Origin: Octopus vulgaris | Taxonomy: Eukaryota | Reading direction: 5' to 3' | DNA length: 64,000 nt | NCBI GenBank assembly: GCA_951406725.2 | Contig: OX597816.1 | Span: forward strand, 101,804,001 to 101,868,000 | Part shown: positions 22,569 through 36,100 of the stretch, one piece after another | Layout: each line of letters begins with the position of its first letter | Position numbering within the stretch: position 1 is the first letter of the stretch | Notes under the pieces: generated by a model | What the model saw: only the letters and a program-made list of their open reading frames with translations | What the model was told of the DNA's origin: nothing | The model's database searches: none | Position numbers and translations under genes: made by a program

Positions 22569-25500
22569 TCATCATCATCATCATCATTTAGCGTCCGTTT
22601 TCCATGCTAGCATGGGTTGGACGGTTCTACTGGGGTCTGTGAAGCCAGAAGGCTTCATCAGGCCCAGTCAAATCTGGCAGTGTTTCTACGGCTGGATGCC
22701 CTTCCTAACGCCAACCACTCCGTGAGTGTAGTGGGTGCTTTTTACGTGCCACCCGCACAGGTGCCAGACAGAGCTGGCAAACGGCCACAAACGGATGGTG
22801 CTTTTTATGTGCCACCGGCACGAGGGCCAGGCGGGGCTGGCAACGGACACGAACGGATGGTGCTTTTTATGTGCCACCGACACTAGGCCAGTCGGGGCGG
22901 CGCTGGCAACGGTCGCGAAACGGAAGGTTCTCTTACATGCCACCGGCACTGGTAAACACATCTGCAATTTCCATTGATCGATTTCGATTTTGATCCTCAC
23001 TTGCCTCAACAGGTCTTCACAAGTAGAGTTTTGTGTCCCAAGAAGGGAAGGTATGCATACGTAGGCTGGCTCCATCCCATGTAGAAGGCCACGGGTTATG
23101 GACTCACTTGTCCTGCCGGGTCTTCTCGCGCACAGCACACTTCCAGAGGTCTTGGTCTCTAGTCATTTCCTCAGTGAGACCTAAAGTTCGAAGGTCGTGC
23201 TTCACCACCTCGTCCCAGGTTTTCCTGGGTCTGCCTCTTCCGCAGGTTCCCTCAACCGCTAGGGTGTGGGACTTTTTCACACAACTATCTTCATCCATTC
23301 TCGCCACATGACCATACCAGCGCAAACATCTCTCTTGCACACCACAACTGATGCTTCATAGGTCCAGCTTTTCTCTCAAGGTACTTACACTCTGCCGAGT
23401 ATGAGTACTGACATTACACATTCATCGGAGCATACTGGCTTCATTTCTTGCGAGCTTACGCATATCCTCAGCAGTCACGGCCCATGTTTCACTGCCATGT
23501 AGCATGGCTGTTCGTACACACGCATCATACAGTCTGCCTTTCACTCTGTGCAAGAGGCCTTTTGTCACCAGCAGAGGTAAGAGCTCTCTGAACTTTGCCC
23601 AAGCTATTCTTACTCTAGCAGTTACACTTTCAGCACACCCGCCCCCGCTGCTGACTTGGTCACCTAGGTAACGGAAACTATCAACTATTTCTAGTTTTTC
23701 TCCCTGGAAAGTGACGGAAGTTGGTCTCGGAGCATTTTCAGTGTTTATTGTTCCTGAGCATCTGCCACATACAAAAACCATCTTCCTAGTTAGCCTTCCT
23801 TTGACATTGCTGCACCTCTTATGTGTCCATAGCTTACACTTGGTGCATCTTATAGAGTTTCTACCTACACCTTTTCTACAGATCGAGCAGGGCCATCTAC
23901 CTGAAGGCGTTTGTGATTTGTCTACCTTCCTACTGATTACGACTTTGGCTTTAGCTAGATTGACTCTGAGGCCCTTCGATTCTAATCCTTGTTTCCACAC
24001 CTGAAACTTTTCCTCCAGTTCTGATAGCGACTCAGCAATTAGAGCAAGGTCATCAGCATAGAGGAGCTCCCAAGGGCATCCTGTCTTGAATTCCTCCGTT
24101 ATTGCCTGGAGGACTATGATAAATAGGAGGGGGCTGAGGACTGAGCCTTGGTGGACCCCTACCTCTACCCGGAATTCTTCACTGTACTCGTTGCCAACCC
24201 TCACCTTACTAGCAGCATCCCTATACATGGCCTGCACAGCTCTCACTAACCATTCATCTATCCCTAGTTTCCTCATTGACCACCAGATAAGGGATCGGGG
24301 GACCCTGTCGAAGGCTTTCTCCATGTCAACAAAAGCCAGGTACAGGGGCTTATCTTTGACTAGGTATTTCTCCTGCAGTTGCCTTACCAGGAATATAGCA
24401 TCAGTAGTACTTTTCCCTGGCACAAACCCAAACTGCATCTCATCTAAACTAACTCTCTCTCTAATTAGTTGGGCTATGACCCTCTCCGTAACCTTCATCA
24501 CCTGATCCAACAGCTTGATACCTCTGTAGTTATTTGTATCTAGGGCGTCACCTTTACCTTTGTAGCAGTTGACTATTATGCTGCTACACCAGTCATTGGG
24601 TATGACTCCTTTGTGTATCACCTGATTAACTATACAGGTGACTAGGCTATAGCCGACACTACCAGACATTTTGAGCATCTCTGCAGTGATTCCTGATGGG
24701 CCTGGGGCTTTCCCTGTCTTCATGCTTCTAATTGCCTTAGCTACCACGGAACTATCAACTCGGATAGCTGGTCCCTCTGTTGGGTCAACATTCGGCAGAC
24801 TCTCTTTATCCCATTCATTTTCTTTATTCAGCAACCTTTCATAGTGGCATCTCCAAACCTCTCTCTTTGCATCCCCATTTAGCGCAAGTGAACCATCTTC
24901 CATGCGAACACACTTCTCTCCTACCACATCACGATTCTCTCTCACACACTGTCTTGCAACGTGGAACACCTCCAGTCTTTGATCCTCATGGTGCAGAACA
25001 TTGGCAATTTTTTTCTTATCTGCTTCCCCTCTGGCTAAATAAACCTGTCTCCTAACTTCTCTTTTGGCAGTCTGATACAATTCCCTGCTACCCCCATTTT
25101 TCCAGACCTTCCAAGCCTGTCTCTTTTCTCTAATAGCCCTGTCTACAATATTGTTCCACCACCACGTTATTCTAGGTCGAGAGGGGACTTTGCACCAGCC
25201 ACAGATCTGGTCAGTGGCTCTCAGCAGGTTGTCCCTTAGAAACGTCCAGTTGTCTTCTACCCCCTGTGATGCTCTATCCCCTTCTACTTTGTCAAAGGCT
25301 TCAAGTAATATGTCCCTAAATCTCTGTCCATTTGCAGGATCTTTAAGCTTCCAGAACCTTCTTCTCCATATTGGTCGTCTTCTGGTTGTCCTCCTAGTCC
25401 TGATCCTAAAGTCACTAACTACCAGTCTATGTTGTGGGGTACATTCTTCACCTAGGAAGGTTTTGGCATTTATAAGCAGCCATCTCTCCCTTTGCCTTGC

Positions 25501-25575
25501 AAGGATGTAGTCAATTTGGCTGGTATGTTGGCCTGATCGGTAAGTGACTAGGTGGCTGGTAGGTTTCCTGAAGTT
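22565..25575 (-). mobile_element. 5'-truncated RTE LINE (APE C-terminus, RT, PHD-like finger, 3' UTR, (GAT)n tail)
   Basis: SQIDYIL, KAPGPSG, NYRGIKLL, FVDMEKAFD, GVHQGSVLSP, LYADD, FRYLG. ORF is interrupted by TGA at 23422-23424 (TGG in the 12291 copy) and a second TGA near 23357. Confidence 0.95.
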
Positions 25576-25597
25576 AGATATATATATATATTTATGT

Positions 25598-28283
25598 ATC
25601 ATCGTTTAACGTCCGTTTTCCATGCTAGCATGGGTTGGACAGTTTGACTGGGGTCTGGGAAGCCAGGAGGCTGCACCAGGCTCCAGTCTGATCTGGCAGT
25701 GTTTCTACAGCTTGATGTCATTCCTAACACCAACCACTCTGTGAGTGTAGTGGGTGCTTTTTACATGCCACCGGCATAGGGGCCAGAGGAGGTTGACAAC
25801 GGCCATGATCGGTTGGTGCTTTTTACATGCCACTGGCACAGAAGCCAGTCAAGGTGGTGCTGACATTGGCCACGATCAGATGGTGCTTTTTACATGCTAC
25901 CGGCGGGTATCACAACTACAATTTCCATTTGATCTTCATTTTGATGTTAATGTTACTGACTCAATAGGTCTCCTCAAGCACAGCAGATCGCCCTACGATC
26001 CAAAGTACTTTTGAATGGGCTGGAGCTGGTTATGCGAAACTGGTGTAGGATACAGCCATGAACTCACTTTATTTGCCGGGTCTTCACAGTCCCAGCGTAT
26101 CTCCAGAGGTCTCGGTCCTTCATCATTTCCTCTGTGAAGCCCAACATTCAAAGGTCATACTTCACCACCTCATCCCATGTCTTCCTGGGTCTACCTCCAC
26201 CCTAGATTCCTTCAACTGTTTGGGAGTGGCACTTCTTCACACAGCTCTCCTCATCCATCCATAGTACATAACCATACCAGCACAAACATCTCTCTTGTAC
26301 GCCACATCTGACGCTTCTTATGTCCAACATTTCTCTCAGGGCACTTATACTCTGTTATGTGTGCACACTGACATTACGCATCCAGTAGATCATGCTAGCT
26401 TCATTTCTTTGAAGCCTACGCATGTCCTCCACAGTCATGGCCCATGTTTCACTGCTGTGAAGCATGGCAGTTCGCACACATGCGTCGTACTATCTACCTT
26501 TCACTCTGAGTGAGAGGCCCTTTGTCAACAATAGGGTTAGAAGCTTTCTAAACTTTGCCCAGGCTATTCTTATTCTAGTGGTAACACTCTCTAAGCATCC
26601 ACCCCCACTACTAACTTGATTACCTAGGTAGTGGAAGTTATCAACTTCTAGTTTCTCCCACTGGAGTGTGATGGAATCTATTTTCTGAGCATCTGTGGTA
26701 TTTATTGCTCCTGTGCATCTGCTGCACATGAAAGCTATCTTCCCAGTTAATCTTCCTTTGATGTTGCTGCACCTTACACTGGGTACATCTTATGGATTTC
26801 TACCTACACCTTTTCTACAGATCGAGCAGTGCCACCTACCTGAGGATGTGTGTGATGTGTTTGCCTTCCTACTTACTAGAACATTGGTCTTTGCTACATT
26901 GACTCTAAGGCCTTTTGATTCTAAACCTTGCTTTCACACCTGAAACTTCTTCTCTAGTTCTGGTGATGATTCTTCTATGAGGGCCAGGTCATCAGCATAG
27001 AGAAACTCCCAGGAGCAACCCATCTTGAATTCCTCTGTTATTGCCTGGAGGACTATGATGAATAAAAGGGGACTGAGGGCTGATCCTTGGTGGACCCCTA
27101 CTTCTACCCGGAATTCTTCGCTATACTCATTGCCAATCCTAACCTTACTAATGGCCTCTCTGTATAGGGCCTGTACAGATCTTATTAACCAGTCGTCAAT
27201 CCCCAGTTTTTGCATTGCCCACCAGATAAGCGATCAGGGAATCCTGTCAAAAGCTTTCTCCAAGTCCACAAAAGCTAAGTATAGGGACTTATCTTTAGCT
27301 AGGTATTTTTTCTGCAGTTGTTGAACCAGGAATATAGCATCAGTGGTGCTTCTACCTGACACAAAACTGAACTGCGTTTCATCTAAGCAGACTCTCTCCC
27401 CAATGAGATGGGCTATGACCCTCTCTGTGACCCTCATCACCTGACCCGGCAGTTTGATACCTCTGTAGTTATTTCTATCTAGGGCATCATCTTTACCCTT
27501 GTAGTAGTTGACTATGGTGCTGCTACGCCAGTCATTGGGTATGACTCCATCATGAACTACCTGGTTTACAATGCGGGTGACTAGGCCATAGCCCACACCA
27601 CCAGATGTTTTAAGTATCTCAGCAGTGATTCCTGATGGGCCGGAGTCTTTTGCTGGCTTCATACCCCTAATTGTTTTATCTACCAGGGAGCTGTCTATTC
27701 AGATAGCTGGTCCCTCTACTGGGTCAACATTTGGCAGGCTCTCCTCCTACCATTCATTCTCCACGATCAGCAGTCTTTCATAATGGCTTCTCCAAGCCTC
27801 TTTCTTTTCCAAATTGTTAAAAGCAAGTGCACTATTATCCATGCGAACACATTTCTCTCCTGTGACATCACAATTTCTCTCATACACTGTCTTGCAATCC
27901 GAAATACTTCAGTTTTTTGATCCTCACATCGTTGGACATTGGCAAACTTCTTCTTTTCTGCTTCACCCTTGGCTATGTATACCTGCCACTCAGCCGCCCT
28001 TTTGGCTACCTGGTACAGTTCCCTGCTCCTCCCACCTTTCCAGGCCTGTTTCTTTGCTCTAATGGCTTTGTCTACCATATTATTCCACCACCATGTAACT
28101 GTAGGTCTGGAAGGGACTTTGCACCGTCCGCAGACTTGGTCTGTGGCACTCAGCAAGCTGTCCCGTAGGAATTTCCAGCTACTTTCTATGTCTTATGTCT
28201 GTAGCTCCTCCTCCCTCTCATCAAATTTCTTGATGAGGATTTCCCTAAATTTCTGACTATGTGAAGGGTTCTTTAGCTTTCCT
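25598..28283 (-). mobile_element. Second, more degenerate RTE LINE copy
   Basis: Same RT motifs (FVDLEKAFD, HQGSALSP, FLYADD) split by stops and frameshifts; same 3' tail. Confidence 0.92.
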
Positions 28284-28344
28284 ATTGAAATTATATAAAT
28301 TAATGCATTCTATTATTTAATTTTTTTCAAAAGAAAATGTTTAT

Positions 28345-29075
28345 ATAAGCAATTAAAACTTCTTTCTTATGACTACTATGCATCCCCAGCCGAACTCTCG
28401 GCCCTTCGATGTCTCTGACGCCGCACTGACAATATCATAAAACTGGCTGACAAGAGTGGAGCCATGGTGGTGTAACGCGTGGACCTCTACAAGGCCGAAG
28501 CTCTCCGCCAACGTCAAGATACCTCCTTCTACTGTCCTTTGCCCTCTGAACCCATGCTCAGCTACCAACAGACTCATCTCCTCCCCACTGCCTTCAACCT
28601 CATTGTGCACACCCCCATCATTTACTTACTCCCCAAAATCCACAAACCTAACAACCCTGGCTGCCCCATTGTCTGTGCCTGCAACTGCCCCACCGAACTC
28701 ATCTCCAGATATCTTGACCATGTCCTTACCCCACTATTGGCTTCCCTCCCCTCTCACATCCATGACACCAACCACGTGCTTTCTCCTTCCCTCCTGGCCC
28801 CTCTAAATTTCCCTTTACCCTCGACATCCAGAGCCTTTACACAGTGATCCTCACCGTGTACTCCAACATTTCCTTGACCTTCGACCCAGCCCCCAACATG
28901 ACACATATTTCATCTATTCTGCGCTTTGGAGGAGATGAAACAGGGACACCTGAAGAAGGGGAATATTCTTTGTGTTGTATGTCTTGTACTCTGTTTTTTT
29001 CGTTGTTTGAAAAAAAGTTCCTTTCTATGTTTTCGTTTCTCATTGTGTTCAACGTTTTTTTTATGTCCTGTACCC
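28345..29075 (+). mobile_element. Penelope-like retroelement fragment
   Basis: ADKSGAMVV and YLLPKIHKPNNPGCPIVCACNCPTELISRYLD match the PLE RT N-terminal motifs (ADKG..VV, PKIHK..P.RPIVS); internally deleted. Confidence 0.75.
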
Positions 29076-29187
29076 ATATATGCATGTATATATATATATA
29101 TATATATACATATATATGTAGGTATATACATATATGTATGTATATATGCATATATTTATATATATATATATATATATATATAGCACA

Positions 29188-29530
29188 TGGAGGCGCAATG
29201 GCCCAGTTGTTAGGGCAGCAGACTCGTGGTCGTAGGATCGCGGTTTCGATTCCCAGACTGGGCGTTGTGAGTGTTTATTGAGCGAAAACACCTAAAGCTC
29301 CACGAGGCTCTTTCACCACAACTTTCTCTCACTCTTACTTCCTGTTTCTGTTGTACCTGTATTTCAAAGGGCCGGCCTTGTCACTCTCTGTGTCACGCTG
29401 AATATCCCCGAGAACTACGTTAAGGGTACACGTGTCTGTGGAGTGCTCAGCCACTTACACGTTAATTTCACGTGCAGGCTGTTCCGTTGATCGGATCAAC
29501 CGGAACCCTCGTCGTCGTAACCAACGGAGT
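29188..29530 (+). mobile_element. tRNA-derived SINE (second family)
   Basis: ggaggcgcaatggcccagttgttaggg...ggtttcgattccc A/B boxes; CpG-rich; follows (TA)n. Confidence 0.75.
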
Positions 29531-29849
29531 GCTTCCATCCATCCATATAGCACACTCTGGGAGTGTATCAGGAGGGTATCCAGCTGTAGAAACTCTGCCA
29601 GATCAGATTGGAGCCTGGTGCAGCCATCTGGCTCACCAGTCCTCAGTCAAACCATCCAGCTTATGTCAGCAACGGATGTACCAGCACACACAAGATTGAG
29701 ACATGGCCAACCCCACACACTTCTCATAAGGAATTCCAGAAGGAGCATCATGGGACCACTGCTGAGACGCTTCCAAAAAATAATAAAAAAGAAAAGCCGT
29801 TGGAAAACCGATTATAGCAGCGACTCCATCTAAGAATATCTGCAACAAG

Positions 29850-30094
29850 TCTCTAGCACTCAACTGGCATAAATGCCAGTCATCGAATTTGATTTCGATT
29901 TCGATTTCACTTGCTTCAACAGGTCTTCGCAAGCAGAGTTTAGTGTCCAATGAAGGAAAGGTACACATAAGTGGGCTGATTACACCCCTGGCATAACCCA
30001 GTCTCACTTGGCTTGCCGAGTTTTCTCAAGCACAGCATATTTCCAAAGTCTTGGTCACTAGTGATTGCCTCAGTGAAGCCTAATGTTCGAAGGT
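29850..30094 (-). mobile_element. RTE LINE fragment (ORF end plus start of 3' UTR)
   Basis: Homologous to 22980-23195. Confidence 0.75.
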
Positions 30095-30096
30095 TA

Positions 30097-30157
30097 TACA
30101 CTAACAGGGACCATAACGGTCGGTATTTTTCGGATGATTCAGATCCCTGTTAGTGTA
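30097..30157. mobile_element. Tiny CACTA-ended inverted-repeat element
   Basis: TA|CACTAACAGGGA...TCCCTGTTAGTG|TA. Confidence 0.55.
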
Positions 30158-31059
30158 TATGTTTTCATTCATGTGCGTTAACTACGGTGTTAGAGCATTT
30201 TAGCCCTTATTTTTAGCAATGTAGGTGTTTTTTAACACCCTAGTCACATTTAGTGACAATTATAATTCTCCTTTTTGGTGAAACATTGCAACCTGCTGTT
30301 TGCATTAATTTTATGTGTGTGTGTTTATATATGTGTGCATGTATATAGGTTTATATGTGTGTAAATATGTATATGTGTATATATATATATTATAATACAA
30401 GGGAGACAACAATTAAGATTTCCTTATGAACTACTTCCCATAATCTGCATGTTTATTTACAAAAAATCTAGTACAGTCTTGTGTAGCTTCATGTATTCTC
30501 ATCTAAAATGTAAACAAGTACCAATGTTCCCATGCAGCAAGTTTGATAATTACTAAGAGATTCCTATTTATATGAAACTATTAGTAGCCTTGCTAACCCA
30601 CAAATAAAGAATACTTATCCACCATTGCAATGTTGAGTGCTCATTCTCACAGTTCAATTTTAGTGAATATATATATATTTTACGAGCCACCTGCACAGGA
30701 GTCAGTCCAGCGGCACTGGCAATGACCTCACTCAAATGTTTTTTCACATGCCACCGGCACAAGTGCCCGTAAGGCAATGCTGGTAACGATCACTCTCAAA
30801 TGGTGCTTTTTACATGCCATCAGCACGGAAGCCAGACATGTATGTATGCATAATTAAATCCCACTGCATAGCACTTTGGACAAATGTCTTCTGCTAAACC
30901 CCAGGTTTAGTGAAGCTGGTTGATGGAAACTGAAAAAAAAGGTCACCTCGTCATATATACATATATGTATGTATAATGAAAGTAAATAGGGATTAAATAA
31001 ATCTAGGTGATTACCTCTTTAAACACTCTAAAGGAATCAAACCTGGCTAGTTAAATTGT

Positions 31060-31720
31060 CAAGTTGAGACCATAGTAACTCTCATGTATTGTTATTAGAT
31101 GTAATAGATAATGTAGTTTCCATTATCTAGGTGACCAAATAAGAAGAGGTTGTTCTGAAAGTGTAGTTGCTAGAATAACTTGCTGGGCAAAAGTCAGAGA
31201 TCTGTTATCTTTATTGATAACAAAGGGCCTCTTCTTCAGAGTGAAAGGCAGTTTGTATGATACCTGTATATGGACAGCTATGCTACATGACAGTAAAACA
31301 TGGACTGTGAGTGCAGACAACATGCAAAGGCTTGTATGAAATATAAGCCAACATGTTCCCTTATATGTGCCATATCAGTAAGCATGTACAACAAAGTGTA
31401 AATGTTTTGAGAGAAAATTGGGTATAAGAGACATCAAATGTAATGTGCAAGAGAGAAGACTGCACTGGTATGACCATGTGATGTATATGGATGAAGACAC
31501 CTGCAAAAATAAGTGTCAATCCCTAAATGTGGAGAAAACTTGTGAAAAGAAAAACTCAGGAAGATGTGGGTCCAACCCATGCTAGCATGGAAAACAGACA
31601 TTAAACGATGATGATGAAGTGGTGAAAACTGATCTTTAGATGCTGAGTCTTACAGAGATGACAAAGGACTGACACAATTAGCAACTTACTGTGCTTGAGA
31701 AGACCAATCTAGCCAAGTAA
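31060..31720 (+). mobile_element. Degenerate RTE LINE fragment
   Basis: tatctaggtgaccaaat, gtgcaagagagaagactgcactggtatg; contains a nested RTE tail at ~31570-31617. Confidence 0.7.
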
Positions 31721-33109
31721 AATTGAGGCCACAAAGACATGTCTTTAATATCCACCTCCACCTCTACACACAATCTTCCCTGGTGAATCTCACACCTGCA
31801 ACCTATTTTCAGTCTTTCAACTCCTCCTTCCATTCTGATTCATCAGCCATTGTATTTCCTTCTCCTCTATCTTCCACTCTCCCTCAAGAACTTACCTTCA
31901 TACAATTTGTCCCCTTGTCTAAGATCTTCCTCCTTATACCCTTTCCTTCTGTGACCACTCACAGTATTCCCTCCATCTCTTTTCACAATCTTGTGAACTT
32001 ACCCACCCACTCACGCTCTCCAATTCCCAATAACACCACCCTGTAACTTGGGAGTATGACCCCTGACTGCCTCACCTTTACCATTTTCTCTCCACCTAAA
32101 GTAGCCATATTTCTTCTGTACTGCAAGATACCTTTTTCTCTCCCTCAATACTCCTCCTCCACTTAGTAACTATCTACTTCTGTGTATGCTCGTGTGCACC
32201 CTTGTCTAAACATCATGTGATGATTATAAATGCACAGCAGCATGACACAAACAAAGTTGTTCAATTTCCATAAAAAACATGTCAAGTCATCCACCTGCCT
32301 CAATAAATTCCATCTAACTAATGCAACCATTGGAAAGTGGACATTAAATGATGCAGATGATGAGTAACTACTTATGATGCAAATAGTTAAATGCCTTCAG
32401 ACTCTAATTTTAGGTGTATTCTTATGATTTTATTAACTGTGAGGTCTTTTTAGTTTTGGTGTCTTGGTATTTTTGTTTCAGTCTTTTGTATGATTTCTGG
32501 CGGCTCATTTCAGAAATGTTTCTAAAGGAGTTTAGTGTGTGTACATGTTAAATAAAGGTGAGATTGTGATATGATGTGACGATTGATGAAGCTATTAATT
32601 ACTTTGTATAAATTCTGTGAATTTTCTGCTTTCCACCTGCTTTTTATAATTTCTGTTTCTTGAAGCCAGCTGGTCTTACACCTCCTCCATTCAGGCACCA
32701 TGATTCACTTGTCTCTCCACCTCTTATCACCAGTGTTGTTTCTATTTCCACTGGTCCAACACCAGCCACTAGGCTAAATTCTACCTCCCCAATACAATGG
32801 TTCTCTGGAATCTTCTCCCAACTGCTATTCCTGTAGGTGTTGAACTGAAACAATTTAAATGAAACTTTTTGGGCATCAAGCTCACTGGTGTTGAAGTATC
32901 TACGAAGTCATGGGCAATGCTCCTTCTTCAAGCCCCAGCAGGTGAAAAAAAAAAGAGTTTAATTCAACATAAATATATAAAATAAGTGTATAATTTTTAC
33001 AGTTATTTGTCTGAGTTTGGTTCATAAGCCATTGCAGAGGCTGAACTGGAAACAAGAAAATCATTTTCAAAAACTGAACTCCAAGAAAAAGAAAACACAA
33101 CTCACTAGA

Positions 33110-36100
33110 ATGTAGAATTTGATATAATGTTTTATTTGTAAAGACATGCAATGTTTTTTTTTAATATTTACTGTTTTCAATCCTGGGTATTTGTTAGTAT
33201 AAGGGATGGGGAAAATAAAGTAAAGTATTTAAACATATTTTACAGAAATATATAGCAACACTGCTGCTTTTATTATTGGCTTGTACAGGGGTTATATTAC
33301 AGGGCCTAATATATTTGGCAGCAACAAATGGTGTGTATACACAATTTATGTACAATTGCCAATTTACATACATGCACATGGTGTCTGTTGATGAAACAGC
33401 TATACATATATATATAGAGAGAGAGAGAGAGCGAGTGAGAGGGAGAGAAAGATAGGAATATAAAGTTTTGCACTCTTACAGTAATGGAGATGACACTCAG
33501 AAATAAAACGGATTTCAAATATAAATGAATAACAGGAGACATGAAAGAAAATAGAAACAAAAAAAAAAATAGAAAAGAAAAAAGAAATAGAAAAGCAAAC
33601 ATCTAAAAGAACAAAAAAACTTGCCCAAAAGTGAAGGAATTCGACAGGTGAAAAAGCCAAGAAAAACAAAAATTATAAAGATGAAGTCTGTAATGATTAA
33701 TTAGAGAATGAAGTGTAAATGAAGATACATGAATATCCAAGAATGAGAGGTGATCAACTTGTATCAGGTGCTGGCTGCTTATGTGGAAATAAATACAGGC
33801 AAATCTTAAATATAACACAAACAGAAAATTAAAATATGTATGAAGGCAGTTAATTAAGAAACAGATTACATCAAACAAGTTGAGCTGAACACAAACTCAG
33901 TTATGAACTTGACAAACAATGACAAACTCTAGCTCAAATTTCCATGACCCTTTTCCTGTGAGATTAGTGAACTAACAATATGTTATTGTATCAATGAAGG
34001 AAAATAATGCTCTTTTCCTCATATATACACCAAACCCTTAACAACATCAGCTAACTGACCATGGAGTAAAAACAGTATTATATTATAAATAGTTTAAAAC
34101 TGGGTGTGTTTACACATAATGACTTATATCAATATATTAAACTACCAATAGGTAACTCTTAATATAATGGTAGATAAGATTAAATCAACAAATGGTAACT
34201 GGCAGTTGATAATATGATGTTTGTAAAAGTGAAATGTAGCATAGCAGAGGCTATTTCATTGAAAACTAGCATAGATAAATCTTGAAGAGAATTACTGCAA
34301 AAGCTTGTGGACTTTGTAAACAATGAGAGTTGTACTAAAAAAGAAGAAAAAGAAAATTGCCTATTATTTATATTGTTGTTATATTTTGCCATTACTTTTT
34401 ATATCTAATAATATGTAGACTAAATTTAGAAAAGATACATGCACTAAAATCTAAGGTTTGTGTAATAAAAAGTATGCCTTAAAAAGATATTTTGTACAGA
34501 TAAACAAAGACTGTACGAAGATATCAACTGAGGTAAAACTGTTGGAACAGTTGTGATATACACACATAATAGTCCATCTATACTTACTCTACCTTACATG
34601 TTCAAATGATTATGAAGTTTTACAATCATATACATGACTATCTAGTAAATATATCCACAAAAGTTTTAGTTTTCTCTACTTCTCCTTTACACATATATGT
34701 ATATATATCACTTTGTTAGTGTATTTTTTTTTAACCTAAGTTTTTACTATTTAACTATACTGGTGCACAGTGCCGTTTTTAATCAAGATAGCTGGGTATT
34801 TTTACAATTACCATTATTGTTCCAACATTCAGTATTGGATAGTTGTGAAACAGTATCTTTCTATCAGTGAAGCGCAATACTTTCTTATCTCTCACTTTGA
34901 TTAATTTACCTCCTCTATAATCCCTTCCCATCAAAAACTCATTGTACTTTCTTATAATTGTCACTCTTACTTATATCATCAATATCTTTCAGGCCCACTT
35001 ACTTTCTTAACTCATTTGCACAATTTTAAAGACAGAAAAAAGCATTCCAGTCCAATATTCTTTAAAGAGATATACAACTGTCAGGAAATTGTAGGAGTAG
35101 AAAGTTTAAAAAATAACTCATTAGCACAAGAACATAGTGTAGAAACAAACCAACCAACCTTTTGACAAAACACTTTTGTACTCAATAATTATGCACCAAT
35201 TTAATGACACACCAACTAATTCTAACAATGAGAAAGACATAAGATTAAAAAAAAAATTATTCTAAACTGATACTGTTTAAATATAAATACTGTTTAAATA
35301 TAAATTTAATCAAGTCTAATTTATGGAAAATACCAATAAAATCCCTATGAAGTGGTATAGTACTTACTATAGCTTAGAACAACTATCGGTTGATATTCTG
35401 TTAATAAAATGACTAACTTTCCTTTCTTGATGGAATTAGTTAAAGGATTCAACTTCTGTTTAAGCAAGATTTTTAGTAGCATATTTACTACAATAATTAA
35501 AACCACTAGAATAGTAGAACATTTTTGTGGATATCAATAGCATATCTGCACAAAATATGTAATAAATTATTTTCATTGTTATGAAGAAGCCATTGAATTG
35601 CAATTATTATGCACACTAGTAGTTAATGTGATACCAACTATACAGGTATTTAGCAAAAAGAGTTGTGAGTGTTTGCATGCTAACCATGTCATCACACATT
35701 TCTAAAATTGATAGAAATATCAAAAGCTTTTTTCTGCATTAAACTGTTGTTCAAGCAAATTCTTGGGTTGGTTTAGTTACAGGATATCTTAACAGTGACT
35801 GTTGTAATATCTATTAGATTCTTTCATACCATTGTTACTAACAAAGGTAGAAAGAATTCAGTGTAACTACAAACCAAAATGTAAGTAGCTGAAGAAAGAA
35901 TTATGTCTACATTTTACCATAAACTGTTAGCAAAAGAGAAAAGTTAGTAAGAAAATATCAATGTATAAACTGTGATCTAAATAAGTTATTGAAAAGCCAG
36001 TATTAAGGAAATAAAAAAAAAAAATACTGCCAATGGATAATACAGCAGTATTAGAAAGGGTCAACAGCAGCAATTAAATCAATAACATTTGATTAAAAAA

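Noticed and set aside
23422-25602. 726-aa ORF as a host gene
   Set aside because: Its start lies in a (TA)n run; it is a truncated LINE ORF with a premature stop.
28925-28975. Hammerhead ribozyme (ctgaaga / gaaac)
   Set aside because: Core motifs are in the wrong spacing and stems I-III cannot be formed.
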